Source: Lingula anatina (Eukaryota; Animalia; Brachiopoda). From it: a stretch of 64,000 nt of DNA. Under the pieces are notes generated by a model. The model saw only the letters and a list, made by a program, of their open reading frames with translations, searched no databases and was not told where the DNA came from. The position numbers were made by a program, and so were the translations under genes. Positions 22,824 to 35,100 of the stretch are shown here, piece by piece (the first letter of the stretch is position 1; each line of letters opens with the position of its first letter). The stretch spans positions 32,060,401-32,124,400 of the forward strand of contig CM120641.1 in NCBI GenBank assembly GCA_051362555.1. The letters run 5' to 3'.

Positions 22824-25370
22824 ATGATCGTAAAGGTGCACATTAACTACAGACACATGTTATTAGGGATAGGATTGGTGACCTTTTTTGTTGAAATCGT
22901 CGCTAAAAAGGGAGGCCGAACATCTGCAGATTTTGCTGGGGCGTTTACGGGATCTTTGAGTAACAATGAGACTAACAATACATGCAAAAATTACGTCGTC
23001 GACGCCAGCGGTGACACATTAAATTTCATGGAGGATATCACTTACAAAAAGGTTAGTTACGCTTATCTAAATTTGGACTTCGATGGAATTTTCACGACGC
23101 CTGCAATTACAAATCAGTCGATTGTGTACCCGAACGTTTGGATTTGGTGTCAAGAGCATTCTACCCTTCCCTTGTTATATGGACCGTATGATTTCCGTAT
23201 CCTTTCTGTGGGAACTATGAACTGGTATGTAAAAAGTTACGATATAAAAGTATCTGTGGGGCCGAGCAACTGCAGCATGGACTTTAATAAATTCGACACA
23301 TTGGTGAAAATAGCATCTTCACTTAGAACAATGGTAAATTTCACGAGAACAAAAACTGGCAAGACATTAAAACTGGATAAACCGAACGCATTTTGTAATT
23401 TTGTGAAAATCCCCACACAGACGTCTATAATGGAGTCTTACATGCTCGGCTGGAATCGCTATCGAATGTCCGGATTTCAGTGCTGCGTGGAGAGGCCGAC
23501 TGGAAAAATAGGAAAGGGAAAACACTTTGAAAAATCGAAGGAAATCTATGACTGTTCAAGAAGAGTTTCAAAAAGTGGTTGGTTGTCATTTATACAAGTT
23601 ATTTCTTTTATATCGTTCTTATATGCGCCGTTATTACTTCAGTTTTTCCCCGACAGCCAACGCCCATCCACTTTCACACTGCAGACGTCAAGACGCGTAC
23701 TATCACGAAACAACGGACGTGAGCACGAAAATGGACAGAACTGGTCAGGACTGTGGCTGTCCGATCCCACCACCTACTTCCTAACATATTTCAAACTTAC
23801 AAACAATGGGCGTCAGCGACAAATATGGCTCTCGCGGGCATGGAGACTCGTGCTGTTTTGGTTTCTCATCCCTAGCATTCTGATACTTCGAATCACTCTG
23901 TACTATTATCTCAAAAGAAAAACGCTTGAGAAACGATTACATGCAGGAATACCGATAGGTTTTCTGGCCATACCATTCGGATTCGAACGCAGTCTAGAAA
24001 ATTGGAAGTACTGGATGGGAGGTCCGTATGTCGTGTTACTGCTATATGCCAGTCTCTCCGTACTGTTTTTCTGCCTCCCAAATATTTCAGACATTCTCAT
24101 GTGGAACTTTGCTAAGTCTCATCACAGAGCAAAGCGGTATTTTGTTTTCAGTCAATGCTTGACTATGGTCAACGGGTTTGGCTATGTGGACTTCAGCAAG
24201 TACTATGGTTTAAAATTTGTAGGTCTCATCATTCTTGGGCGGATCTACGCTATTATCAACCCTGAATTCTGGTTGTACTTCTTGCTAGTATGGAAGCTTC
24301 GAATTAAGAGACTGATGCGTTGGGCTTCCAACCCCATTGCATCTGCACCAAAATGGCTCACAACAATTTTATACGTGCCGCTAATTTTCCTTACTATCAT
24401 CCCAGTAGCCATAGAATTTTTCATCACCGTGGTATACTTTGGTTTACCTTTGCTCTACCTACTGAAAGTTTTGATCTGTTCGTATATAGGTAGAGTTTGG
24501 CAATGCCTCACCTGTGACAGTAAAACATCAGCGTGTCCCTTCCGCAACGTTTTTGGTGTATTGGCGGCTTTCCTGATAACTATGACTTTACTCGTGTATA
24601 CTTATATCTTTGGTATGATTTACGTGACCAGCACCTCCTGGATTTTTTTCTTACTGGATCAGACATTTGTCGGCTTGGTAATCTACCCGCACGAGGCTCT
24701 GGGTTACGTAAGCGTGGTGTCCTCAGTTGTGTTCTACACTTACCATAGCATCCATGGGTTAGTTACTGGCCACGCAACGTTGTTTGACCTTACGCTACAG
24801 GCGTGCAAGAGGATTAAGAGAAATCACAGCACCCAGCATCATGCACAAGACAGTAGGACAAATCCAAATAGGCAGAATAGAATCCAGTCCACATACGGGA
24901 CTTTCTCTTCTGACTTTGACAACTTAATCCGGAGCAAGGGACGCATCCTTTATATCCCTCAGGAGCTCTTCAAGCGTGTTCTAGGAAAACTTCGTCCACT
25001 ACGGCGAGAGGTGCTTAAATCTGGGCTAAAGCTGGCTGTAATGATTTTCTTTCTAGTGGTTGTCATTTTGGTCACAAATGACTACAACCGGCAGGAAGAG
25101 TTGTATGCAATCCCTCAGTTGATCGGCATAATTGTGGTGGGGACGCTGCCACAGACAATGCAGATTGTCTGCTCGTGTTGTAAAAGCCACGTGAGGAAAC
25201 TGAAGATGCAACAAAAAGTCGAAGACATTGTTGAAGAATGGTGGGAAATGGAAAAGGTTCGAAGCACAATGACGGAATCAGACTCGGACGATGAAGAGTT
25301 GGGGGAAAACGGTCTGCTGCATGGAAGTAAAAGAAGTGTTCGTCTAAGGCTGTATTCCCAGAGCTTTTAG
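22824..25370 (+). CDS. Uncharacterised intronless multi-pass membrane protein, paralog 2 (~848 aa)
   Basis: Colinear and gap-free with paralog 1, with about 67 substitutions by manual count before the last 7 residues. The C-terminal RLYSQSF* is supplied by a MITE insertion. Confidence 0.9.
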   Translation: MIVKVHINYRHMLLGIGLVTFFVEIVAKKGGRTSADFAGAFTGSLSNNETNNTCKNYVVDASGDTLNFMEDITYKKVSYAYLNLDFDGIFTTPAITNQSIVYPNVWIWCQEHSTLPLLYGPYDFRILSVGTMNWYVKSYDIKVSVGPSNCSMDFNKFDTLVKIASSLRTMVNFTRTKTGKTLKLDKPNAFCNFVKIPTQTSIMESYMLGWNRYRMSGFQCCVERPTGKIGKGKHFEKSKEIYDCSRRVSKSGWLSFIQVISFISFLYAPLLLQFFPDSQRPSTFTLQTSRRVLSRNNGREHENGQNWSGLWLSDPTTYFLTYFKLTNNGRQRQIWLSRAWRLVLFWFLIPSILILRITLYYYLKRKTLEKRLHAGIPIGFLAIPFGFERSLENWKYWMGGPYVVLLLYASLSVLFFCLPNISDILMWNFAKSHHRAKRYFVFSQCLTMVNGFGYVDFSKYYGLKFVGLIILGRIYAIINPEFWLYFLLVWKLRIKRLMRWASNPIASAPKWLTTILYVPLIFLTIIPVAIEFFITVVYFGLPLLYLLKVLICSYIGRVWQCLTCDSKTSACPFRNVFGVLAAFLITMTLLVYTYIFGMIYVTSTSWIFFLLDQTFVGLVIYPHEALGYVSVVSSVVFYTYHSIHGLVTGHATLFDLTLQACKRIKRNHSTQHHAQDSRTNPNRQNRIQSTYGTFSSDFDNLIRSKGRILYIPQELFKRVLGKLRPLRREVLKSGLKLAVMIFFLVVVILVTNDYNRQEELYAIPQLIGIIVVGTLPQTMQIVCSCCKSHVRKLKMQQKVEDIVEEWWEMEKVRSTMTESDSDDEELGENGLLHGSKRSVRLRLYSQSF

Positions 25371-25562
25371 CTCGATCTATCGCCGCGGGGAGTCACACTA
25401 GATTACTGTCAGCTTGGCCGGCTTAAGCGTCTGTCCCGCCTACTAAAAGCTGTAAGGGGGTAATTAACTATGGTGTCCGCTCGGCGGACTGCAATTTAGC
25501 CTGAACCCCCAGGGAGTTAGGTGGATCTAAAGTAGATCGATCTAATCTCTGGAAATGGGGTC
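25348..25562 (+). mobile_element. ~215-bp Harbinger-like MITE inserted in the last codons of paralog 2
   Basis: The empty site in copy 1 is cgtcTAAgtctc (17401-17412). Here it reads cgtcTAA[ggctgtattcccagag...ctctggaaatggggtc]CAAgtctc. Confidence 0.85.
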
Positions 25563-25803
25563 CAAGTCTCCTTTTAGATCGATCGTGAGAGCGTCAAATG
25601 CTTTTAATGGATTAGAATTTATATTGTCAAACGAGACTTAAATATTAGGTATTAAAGTGCATCAGTAAAAAAACAAATTGAGAATCTTTAAAATGCATTT
25701 GAGGTAAAATTTTTGTCACAAAAAACTGATCAAATGCCACTACAAATTTTCAGATAATATAACTTATAGCGCATTCAGAACAAGTAGATCCGCGGACTAT
25801 TGG

Positions 25804-26304
25804 CAGGGCCGTAGCCTGAGCAAAATGCCAGGGGGGGGGGGCAGTAAGCGGACACGAGGGGGTGAAGCCCCCGAGGGGGGAGGGGGTGTCCCCCTCCCAT
25901 GGTGTGGAAAATTTTTAAAAACTGTATGTATTATACTGCATTCTGGTGCATTTTGACTGTTATTTAATGCTCAATCAGACGTCAGAAATTGTGGGTTCAT
26001 TTTGCCAAGAGTACAGTCATTTTTTCAACACAACACGCCAATTGGACTTCTTTTCGTAGATTGTCTCAGGATCAGGGAGGGAGGGTGAGCTTTTTGGCAT
26101 GAACTGAGTTGGCTAAAAACAGTACACCTTTGTAAACAGATTGTTGAATGATTGTCTAGTGGCCATGAGTACATTTTCTCACAGAATTGATACCAACTTT
26201 GCAATTATTTTTTTTTACCTTTGCGATTTTTTTTTTTTTTTTTTGCACCTCAAATCCCAGGGGGAGGCAACTGCCCCCCTGCCCCCCCGGAGGCTACGGC
26301 CCTG
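25804..26304. mobile_element. 501-bp non-autonomous DNA transposon nested in an older MITE, specific to copy 2
   Basis: Perfect TIR CAGGGCCGTAGCC / GGCTACGGCCCTG with a 5-bp TSD ATTGG/ACTGG. The empty site 'tctactgggtg' is at ~17866-17876. Confidence 0.85.
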
Positions 26305-27024
26305 ACTGGGTTCATATGTCCAGCACACTTAAAAGTAATGACTCTAATCCCCTGATGGTCTCCCTGCCTCAACACATGTAGGGGAATAGCAATTAAACCA
26401 ATTAAATCGAGATTTAATCTGTTTAAAGGCGTGTGTGGAGGAATGGAGACCACCAGAGGATTATGCGGCTTGCTTGGAAGGGAGCCGGCCTTATATTTAG
26501 TTGGCGGATCATTGAGTCCATGGATTATCTGTTCTGAATGCCCTCTTAGAGAAAGGACATTGTTTCAAATATCCTGAAGAATGTTTGAAAGAATATTTTC
26601 TACGTTCTTTCTGTGCTATAAATAACCCTCGGTCATTTTCGGCAACTCATTTGAATGAGTATATAATTGTATGCGCAGCTTCATCCATTTAATGCATTCA
26701 TACATTGAACAATTGGTTGTGCAATGCGGTTGCAACACTGTGTCATTTAGCAGACAATTATGAACTGGAGGAAAGGGAAAATGTGTCAACTTCCGACCAA
26801 AAATACTGAGAATGTGCAGTTCTAAAGTTATTTTTTTGGCTGAACCAGGAATTAGTTTATCCCTCGCATGTCCACTTTACTTTAGTGGTATGATAAACAA
26901 GTAGCAATGCATTATTAGGAAACCATGCTTGCTTTATATGTAATTTCAATCAATTAATTTTAAAGGCTACACTTTGCTTTCTGTGAGAATAATATTGGTT
27001 CTTTAAAAGGCAGAAAATGTTTTG

Positions 27025-27108
27025 AATAAAACTCTTCAAATTTGACATCACTGTTCTTCATATTTGATATTGATATATGATAAGTATATATTCAGAACCG
27101 ACTTTATT
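27025..27108. terminator. Convergent candidate polyadenylation signals
   Basis: AATAAA on + at 27025-27030 (membrane-protein gene) and on - at 27103-27108 (WDR92). Both are duplicated near 18594-18599 and 18672-18677. Confidence 0.4.
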
Positions 27109-27556
27109 TTAAACTACATCTGGTACAGGATATAAACTTGAGATCATCCAACACTAGCAGACTAAAGACATAAAGAAGGGATTGGGAGTGGGATAAATTT
27201 GTTACCACCCCTTGATCACCAATTGGGCATTTTAATTCTCCTGCAATTCTCAGTTCACCTCTTCTCCCAGGCAGACTTTTTAACAAGCTGTTTACTAAGA
27301 TAAGATCACTGCAGGACACATTAAGAGCGTCTTCTATGTCTAAGCCTTCTGCTCTTATACTGGATTTTCCTGAAGTTATCACAGTAACTGATAATTCTGA
27401 GTTAGAGAACTGGTCAACAACAGTGTGTGTGTGTGTGTGTGTGTGTTTACAGATCCACTGGTTGAAAAGGTCAACTCAACAAAAAGATTCTTTCCACAAT
27501 TCCCATCATCTGATAGCTGAGAGTATATCAAATCAACAGCACATATAGGATTGTCA

Positions 27557-30500
27557 TCAGAGATGCCTGTTCAGTTTTGTTACTATGACAACCCGAAGGA
27601 CTTGATCAAAGGCTGTACAGACACAGAGTCCCTGTTTGTCTGGGCTCCAATCCAGTGATGCTATAGGTTGTGTGGACATAGTCACATTTTGTAAGAGGGA
27701 TACTGTCCCTGCCACTCCCATGTCCACTTTGTCCGAGTCCTGGGTCACTCTTTTGTCTGGGTAGTTACTGGAAAATTTTGAGAAAATACAGATTTTATTT
27801 TAAAAAAAACCAAAACAAACGTTTAATAAATAAGCCTGTTATATTGTTAAAATCACTTTTGAAGTGCAATACAATGCAGAATGATCAGGGCAGTTTAATG
27901 CATACATTTCCATAGGTGCACTTGCAGATGTTACAATTTTTTCAAATTAAAGTGTTCATTAAAACTTAATTAAGGTAACAGACAGGGTTTATGATCATCA
28001 AAATAACAAAAATGAGTTCTCTTGTGGATCTTATTATTTTATAATGCATCTACCATTTTGCAGATTAAACAAGTCTATATCCCAGATAAACATTGATACT
28101 ATTCACTTGGACTGTGACTTACTATTTCCATAAGCAAAGTGTTCCAGTTCCACCAGTGGTCATGAAGATATCTCGGTTCTGAGGGAGATGCCTCACATTC
28201 CACACAGTGGATTTGTGTGCCTGGACAAGCAAAGAGACAGAAAAAAATACATGAAAACGATACTGCTCATCTTAAAAAATACATCCTTGGCTTGAGAGTT
28301 TATTTTTACCTTTTATAGAATATTTGAAGGCTTAAATATTCTTTAAAATTCTAGTCATCTAAGGTATGATATTTCCCTGAATGTCTCAGATACACACCTT
28401 TTCTGTGAGAGATGCAAACCCTTTTGTTGGATGTTGAGTCCTCATATCAAATACATGGAACTTGGACTCCAGAGTGGTGGCAACTAACTTGTTCATACTA
28501 ATGTCCTTTCTATCAAACTCAACACAGCACACCTAAAAAAATCAATGCATGAAATTCATTGGAAAAGAAGTTACTATATGCCTGTAACACAAAACAAAAA
28601 AGTTCAAAACATACTACTACTGCCACTACTTCTCCAGTAACTACATGTACTATTACCACTGGCTACTACTTCAACTACTGCTACTACTACTACTACTACT
28701 ACTACTGACATTCAGATTGAAAAACAAAATGAAGCATACCCCATTTTTTATATTTGTTTCCCATCGCAGTGACATATTTCTCAGATCAAAGAGTTTGATG
28801 TCACCATTGTCATAGCCTGCACAGACACAACGGTCATGTTGGTTGTAAGCATGACCTATAAAGGAGAGAAAAGAAAAAAATATAGATGGCTCTTGTTATG
28901 AAGATAGTCTTTCACAGGTGCACACACTGTTTTAAATTTGCCCTAAAAACACAGCTTATGATTATACAACCCATGTAAACTAAACACTGTGCATTCAGGT
29001 TTGTTTATTCATAATGCCCAGCAGCTAATGGTCCTATTTGAACACATAGAAGGTGGGGAAATTCACAAAACCGTCTGTGCAATACACTTTATTCTGTACC
29101 TTTGCAAAATATACCAAATGAAACTTATAACAAAATAATATATATTTCAACTATACCCTTGTTTGTATTGTTTGTTTTGTGTGTGCATATGTGCATGTTT
29201 GTGACAGTCATTTTAATCAGTATCCTTTTTTGCATCCCTGTTATATACACATATTTTAAAAATCACACAGGTATATATTTGTTAAAGACATTCCGATAAA
29301 TTAATTTTCAACCAAATAAATGATATATTAGTAAAATATGAAGTACTGGCAATTTTGATGTGGTTCTCAGGGGCGGATTTAGGCCGTCTTCTGGGTCTTC
29401 CGGAAGACGGTCAGATTTTCAAGTTTACATTGTCGGGTATCTAATTTTTTTTTCTGTTGGAAGACGGTCAAAATTGAAGGATGAATCAACAAAGATAATT
29501 TGGAAGACTGTCAGTAGATACCTCTGAATCCGCCCCTGGTTCTGGTTCAACTTACCAAAAGCCACTGTCCAGCAGTCTCTCTTATCTTCACCTTCTCCAG
29601 GTTCCATTGCTGCCACAGGATCATTCTTCTGCCTGGGGTCCCACACTTTCACGCTTCCTGGAACATAATGCAGACATAGACTGCGTTATATGATCCACAT
29701 GTAGATATCTGATCTGAGTGGTTTTACACTGAAAAATCATGGTAGTTGCAGATCTTTCTTCTGCTCAGAGTCCCACACTTTCATCACCACAATATGGAAC
29801 ATAATAAACACCGACTGAGAGAAGGTGTTATTAGCCTCTTTCAGTGTGTGCTTTAGCAGCAATATGAATACAAATTGTACTACATTATATAGATTTATAA
29901 ACAAGAGAATAATTAGGTAAGGTTCCCCAGGGAACTGTCCAGTCATTATCTGGATGACCAATTTCTTCAGCAAATGGCCAATACTTTGTTAGTTACAGTG
30001 ACCTCTTGGTGGTTTACTAAATCTTGGGGCTATGATTCACTCAAATAAGTTTGAAGAAAATAAGTTTGAGGAAAATAAAAACAGATTAAAACAATGAACT
30101 CACCATCTCTACTTCCAGTGACTATTTCAGGAGCACCCTCCCCTATGCCTAAACCTCCAACACCATCTATATCATTTATGATCTCTTTATGGCCTTTCAC
30201 AGAATATATTGGAATCTGCATTGACTCCAAATCCCTTGAAAAATAATAACTAAATAATATATACAGTCCTAATGCCTTTCATTCTGAGTTATAAAATAAT
30301 GTTAATTTTCAGTTGGTTGTGAAATACCTTATTCTTAAACATTAAACAAAAATGTGGACTAAAAGTACTTATACATGCCAAGTAAACAGTTTTTATCAGC
30401 TTGTGTAGATAGTTCTGTTGATAAAATGTAAACTTTTTTCTCATTCATTTGAAAAATACATTTCTGTCCCTAAGTTATCAAAAGGTGCTGATGCAATTCA

Positions 30501-30600
30501 ATACTGGTAGCTCAAAAGAGGACAAAATATTTTCAATTTTTGTATGAAAATGATAATCTGCAAACAAATAAACAAAAAGACATATATATTTATATATATA

Positions 30601-30646
<46 letters not shown>

Positions 30647-31485
30647 CTGGTAGGCAAATATTTACCATATTTGTAACTTGCCATCAAATGCACCTGTGGC
30701 AAAATTCCTTTTCTGCAAACTCGAGGCTCCAAATGTCCCACATTTAAATGAACTTGATTTCTCTGACTGAAAAGAAAAGTAAATAAAAAAGTGGTATCAT
30801 TGAAGGGTTCATGTACTGTCAGTAATGTTAGGCTTTGGATAGAAGCTGCAATGTGTCTGTTCTCAAGTGGGTCCTATATTGCATGCGGTAGGGATTTTAA
30901 ACATTTTGTGACTTTTCAGTTGATGGTTATGATTAACAGTGGGACTGTCCTAGAGCAATTGACTGTAAAGTAATTCTTGAATCACCCCAGCAAATAAATG
31001 TACTCTTGAGTAGTGATTGACCAGTCTAAACTGGAAAATTAACTTAAACTGGCTGATGGAGGCCGGCTCACAGCAGTATGTCTCCCATGAATAGCTGAGT
31101 GATACATACACAACTCATCCAAATTTTCTTTTGTTGGTAATAGTTTACACCCTGGTTTTCTGTGCATAGTTCTGCAGAATAACACTTTACAGATCACATC
31201 TTGGTGGCTGTGTTTCCCCTGGTTCGAAGACTATCCAGTTTCTTAAGGTTTTGCATCTCTCTTTTACTTAAGGGCCTTATATATAACAGTACTGGTATAC
31301 CATACAATTACATGTTATTCTTGGTCACCTGTGCCTCCAGCAAGTAATCAAGATATACTTGGTATGAAAAAACAAATAAACATGCATACTCTCTCATTTT
31401 CTCTCATCCTCTTTAATTCCCCCTTCCACCTAGCAAAAAATCCATGGGTTAGCCTGTTTATACATTTGAACTCCCCTTCCCCACA

Positions 31486-31525
<40 letters not shown>

Positions 31526-31865
31526 TGTGTGTGGGGGGGGGGGGGGGGCGTGTGATTAGCTGTACCGTTTTGAGTGGCTTACTAAATTTTTTGGTGATTT
31601 AAAAGCTTCATACATGTACACACACTAACATTCACACACTTATACACGCACACACACACACTCGACGACTCAACATCCGTAATAGCTTTACCTCGTGAAG
31701 CAGCTTCACATCCCCATGTGATACCTCATACACTTGCAAGGCCCCCGTCCCTCGAGGGTGATTTCCTAGAACCACGAACTTTGCCGAACACGGAATCCAC
31801 TTAGTATCAAAGAGCGTAAAATTCAATGACTTTTGAACATGTGCAATAATCTGTGGCTTCTCCAT
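27557..31865 (-). CDS. WDR92: WD repeat protein 92 / dynein axonemal assembly factor 10 (355 aa, 8 exons)
   Basis: Exons 31865-31692, 30766-30666, 30234-30104, 29657-29556, 28855-28740, 28532-28398, 28220-28123 and 27767-27557. All introns are GT-AG and the phases are consistent (1068 nt). Diagnostic peptides: [70 protein letters not shown]. Confidence 0.97.
29368..29538. mobile_element. 171-bp MITE in WDR92 intron 4
   Basis: TIR CAGGGGCGGATT / AATCCGCCCCTG with a perfect 5-bp TSD GTTCT. Confidence 0.85.
29737..29805 (-). pseudogene. Dead partial duplicate of WDR92 exon 4
   Basis: 'attatgttccat..atgaaagtgtgggactctgagcagaagaaagatc' mirrors the real 'attatgttccag|gaagcgtgaaagtgtgggaccccaggcagaagaatgatc'. 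The acceptor AG has become AT. Confidence 0.7.
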
Positions 31866-32198
31866 TACTGTTAAAATTATGAAATTTCCATCGGTTACTA
31901 GCCACGCTTTCTAGACCTTCCAATTTGTTATGCGTACTACGTCATCGGTTTAAGCTAGAAATACAAGCTGGGGTCAAGATGTGTGGTTATTTAATTCAAT
32001 TATTTTTAAGTATTAGTCTACGCATATGATATGAAATAATTGTTGAGAGTGCCCTGTATTTAAGAATTTTCTTCGTTGCTTAAAGCAATCAATAAAAAGC
32101 CCACTTTATTTGTTACCCAAAAACTGGTGACGTAGTCGTCATACGTACGACCATACATTTGCTTCTCGGACAACACACTTTTTGCATTTACTTTTAAA
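31866..32198. promoter_or_regulatory. Bidirectional promoter shared by WDR92 and NXF1
   Basis: Only 333 bp separate the divergent ATGs and the region is locally CpG-rich. It holds an inverted pair of CRE-like motifs, ACTACGTCA (31936-31944) and TGACGTAGT (32128-32136), and an X-box-like GTTACTAGCCAC at 31894-31905. Confidence 0.75.
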
Positions 32199-35100
32199 AT
32201 GTTTCAAGGAAGAGGAAGAGGTTTTAGCGTTACCACCTCCAGAGACGGACAAAGATATATTGGAGGTAAAACATTTTGATGTTCGAAATACAACGTACTT
32301 CGAGTACATTTTTTATTTCTCAGACTCGATCCACGTGATATGCCTTTCCAAATGCAAAAGTTCCAACTTGCATTATCTAAATTTATTAGAGCACTTGGTT
32401 TTATGTGATTATTTATAAATTTCTCCGATTAACACTTAGGCACTTTCTTTTTTGAGTGCTTTGGTTAGACGTGAAGTCCTGTTTCACCTGTGTGCACAGT
32501 TTACTTTGATGTCTTCCGTGTGGGACATATAATTATTACACAGAATGGATAATGTATAAACTGAAGCCACTCCAAGTATAGATAAGAGCCAAAATAGAGT
32601 GAGTAAGGACAACTAAAATTCAATGTGCCAAGTAACCCTTGTAATATTTACCAGACCTCACTGGACCATATATGGCCAGTGGAGAAAAAACAGAAAAAAG
32701 TTAAACCCTGACTCCGTTTGCAATACTGGATGCCCATTGAAATTGTTCCACCTCTTGTGATGGTTTTTACCTAATAAGATGCTGAGTGACTGACTGGCCA
32801 CATTGACTTATACATAATTTCTGTAATATGGTTATAAAGCTGCTGCTGCTGATTATGATGATAATTGTGCTGTGAGTACAATTCCAAGTTCATATTTTAT
32901 ATTTTCCTATTTTATCATATTTGTAGATCATAACAACAGAGGCTATCAAGGGGGTGGTGGAGGCTACCAGGGGCCTCAGAGGAGGGGAGGCGCCTCACAC
33001 AGGCGGGGTGGCAGAGGCTGGAGGGGAGGAAGAGGTAGAGGGCGCGGAGGTGGTGGTAAGTTGGTGTTATGATTGGGGGGGTGGAGCAGAATGCAAATAG
33101 AAAGGCAATTTGAGGGGATAGGGAAATTCAGTGAAAGTAAGGTTTTAAAAAGAATGTTCATTTTCTTCATCTAGCAAATTTGTCTGTCTTCCCTAGTGCT
33201 GTGACAGTGAGTGAAAAGATGGAACTTATTTGGTACTAATAAGGGTAAACATTTTTTTTTTTTAAATTTTGTTCATATTTATAAGATAGACTATATTTTA
33301 AGGTCCCAACCCTCTGTCTCGGCTGGAGGATGAAGAAGGGGATGTTGACATGGGCAGTGGGGGAGGCTCCTCTATGACCCAGAACAGATAGTGAGTATGC
33401 TGTTAATATATATATAAATTTTGTGTTTAAAGTATGGCAGGTATGCATTGTGACCACGTGAAGGGGCATCAATGACAGGTTGATTAGGCTCCCCACATTC
33501 CCGCTTGAGAACATCCTCAATATCAATTCTAGAACTTGCCATTGGCAAGTAATTTACATTTACTGCAGGTATGTTATTTTTACAATTTGCTTGTGATCTG
33601 TGTTTAAATAAGTACTAAAAAAATCTTGCTTTACTATTGAAATGAAGGGGCGTGTTCTTGCAGCTTATATCTCTAGTGCGATAAATCTGAGCCAAGTACT
33701 AAACCTATTTTAATTCACATGACCACACTAACACACTTGCATACACTGTATAATCTCTGAACTTTTGATCTGTTCCAGCAACCCGTATGGTGCCCGGCCT
33801 CAGTCCAGGAGAGGATTCAGACAAGGAGACAGCCGGGCCGCTATGGACAAGGAGGGGCAAAGTATGGGTCGAACTCACAGGAACACCAGTATTGATTTAA
33901 AAATCTGAATAAATTTGTACCTGTCACTACTACTGAATGTCAAAAGAAGATGTAGAATTATTGATATATTTTCGCCAATTATACTTAACTTTGTGAAGGA
34001 CTCACAGTAGTATGGAACACTTGTCATTGAGTATTTAATGCACAAATGGAGATTTAAAACCTTAGATAAATTGGTTTGAAAGACCTTAGATATAGTCAAT
34101 TTTTTTCAGGAAGCATTTATCTAGGACAACCTTTCTATATCCAATGTTATGTTATGCAAATAAATGTACAAACTTGAAGGGTTTAAGACCTGTTTAGATG
34201 TTATATGCATATTTATATTTTTTAAAATAAGTCTGGGCTTACAATGTCTGGACACTCATTTCATGCTCAGTAACAGATTTTGAAAAAAAAAAAGGATCTT
34301 TAAATTCAGATACAGGGGCTCTGCAGAGACTTGGTCTTCCAGTGAGGAATAGGGGAGATGGTGGACATCAGGGAGGATACAGAGGAGGAGGAGGGGCCAC
34401 AAGTGACTCAGGCTGGTTTAAAGTACAGGTAAATTAATATTATGATATACAGATACAGTGTTTCCCCTGGCTTTCAAGCTCTGCGAGGTGGTAGGCAATC
34501 CGCGATCCCAGCAATACTAGGGGGGTCCGGGGGCATGCCCCCCCGGAAAATTTTTTTAATCGAGATGCAATTTGGTGCATTTTAGGGTATTTAGAACTGA
34601 TTTTTTTTACATTTTATGTGGCACTGAATTGTCTTGTTTTAGATGTTTTGAGGAGTAAATTCAGTAATGACATAACAAAGGTTTGGACAAAATTTATTTT
34701 CCAGTATGCATTCACTCAGTTTAGTTCTTTTCAGTTTATAGAACATACTCTTTCAAGAAAAAAAAGTTAGTACTTTCAAAAAAAAAGTTAATACTTACAA
34801 GAAAAAGGGCTTACTACATTGAATTATTTTCAAATTGACCAAAAAGTTGATAAAATATGTTGTTCTTACCGTTTTCACATTTCTGAAAGTAACTGGTCAA
34901 TTGACTTTGCGTGTGGGAGCGCTTCATCCTAATATAAACTGCTTCAAAAAGTTCTCTCCCTTAATTGTCGTTCAGCGCAAAGCGACTCCCGCTACTAGTT
35001 ATAGGCCTACGTAGTTTGAGATGTAATTTATAATCAACAACTTCAAACACCGTTAAATGAATTCTTCGGAATTAAAGAGATGAAAATCACACTTATCATC

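Larger units (their letters stand above)
21333..27259 (+). repeat. Tandem segmental duplication, copy 2
   Basis: See copy 1. The right end runs directly into the WDR92 3' UTR region. Confidence 0.95.

Noticed and set aside
32182-32418. 78-aa ORF at the NXF1 start
   Set aside because: Wrong frame. The real exon 1 starts at ATG 32199 and splices at 32265.
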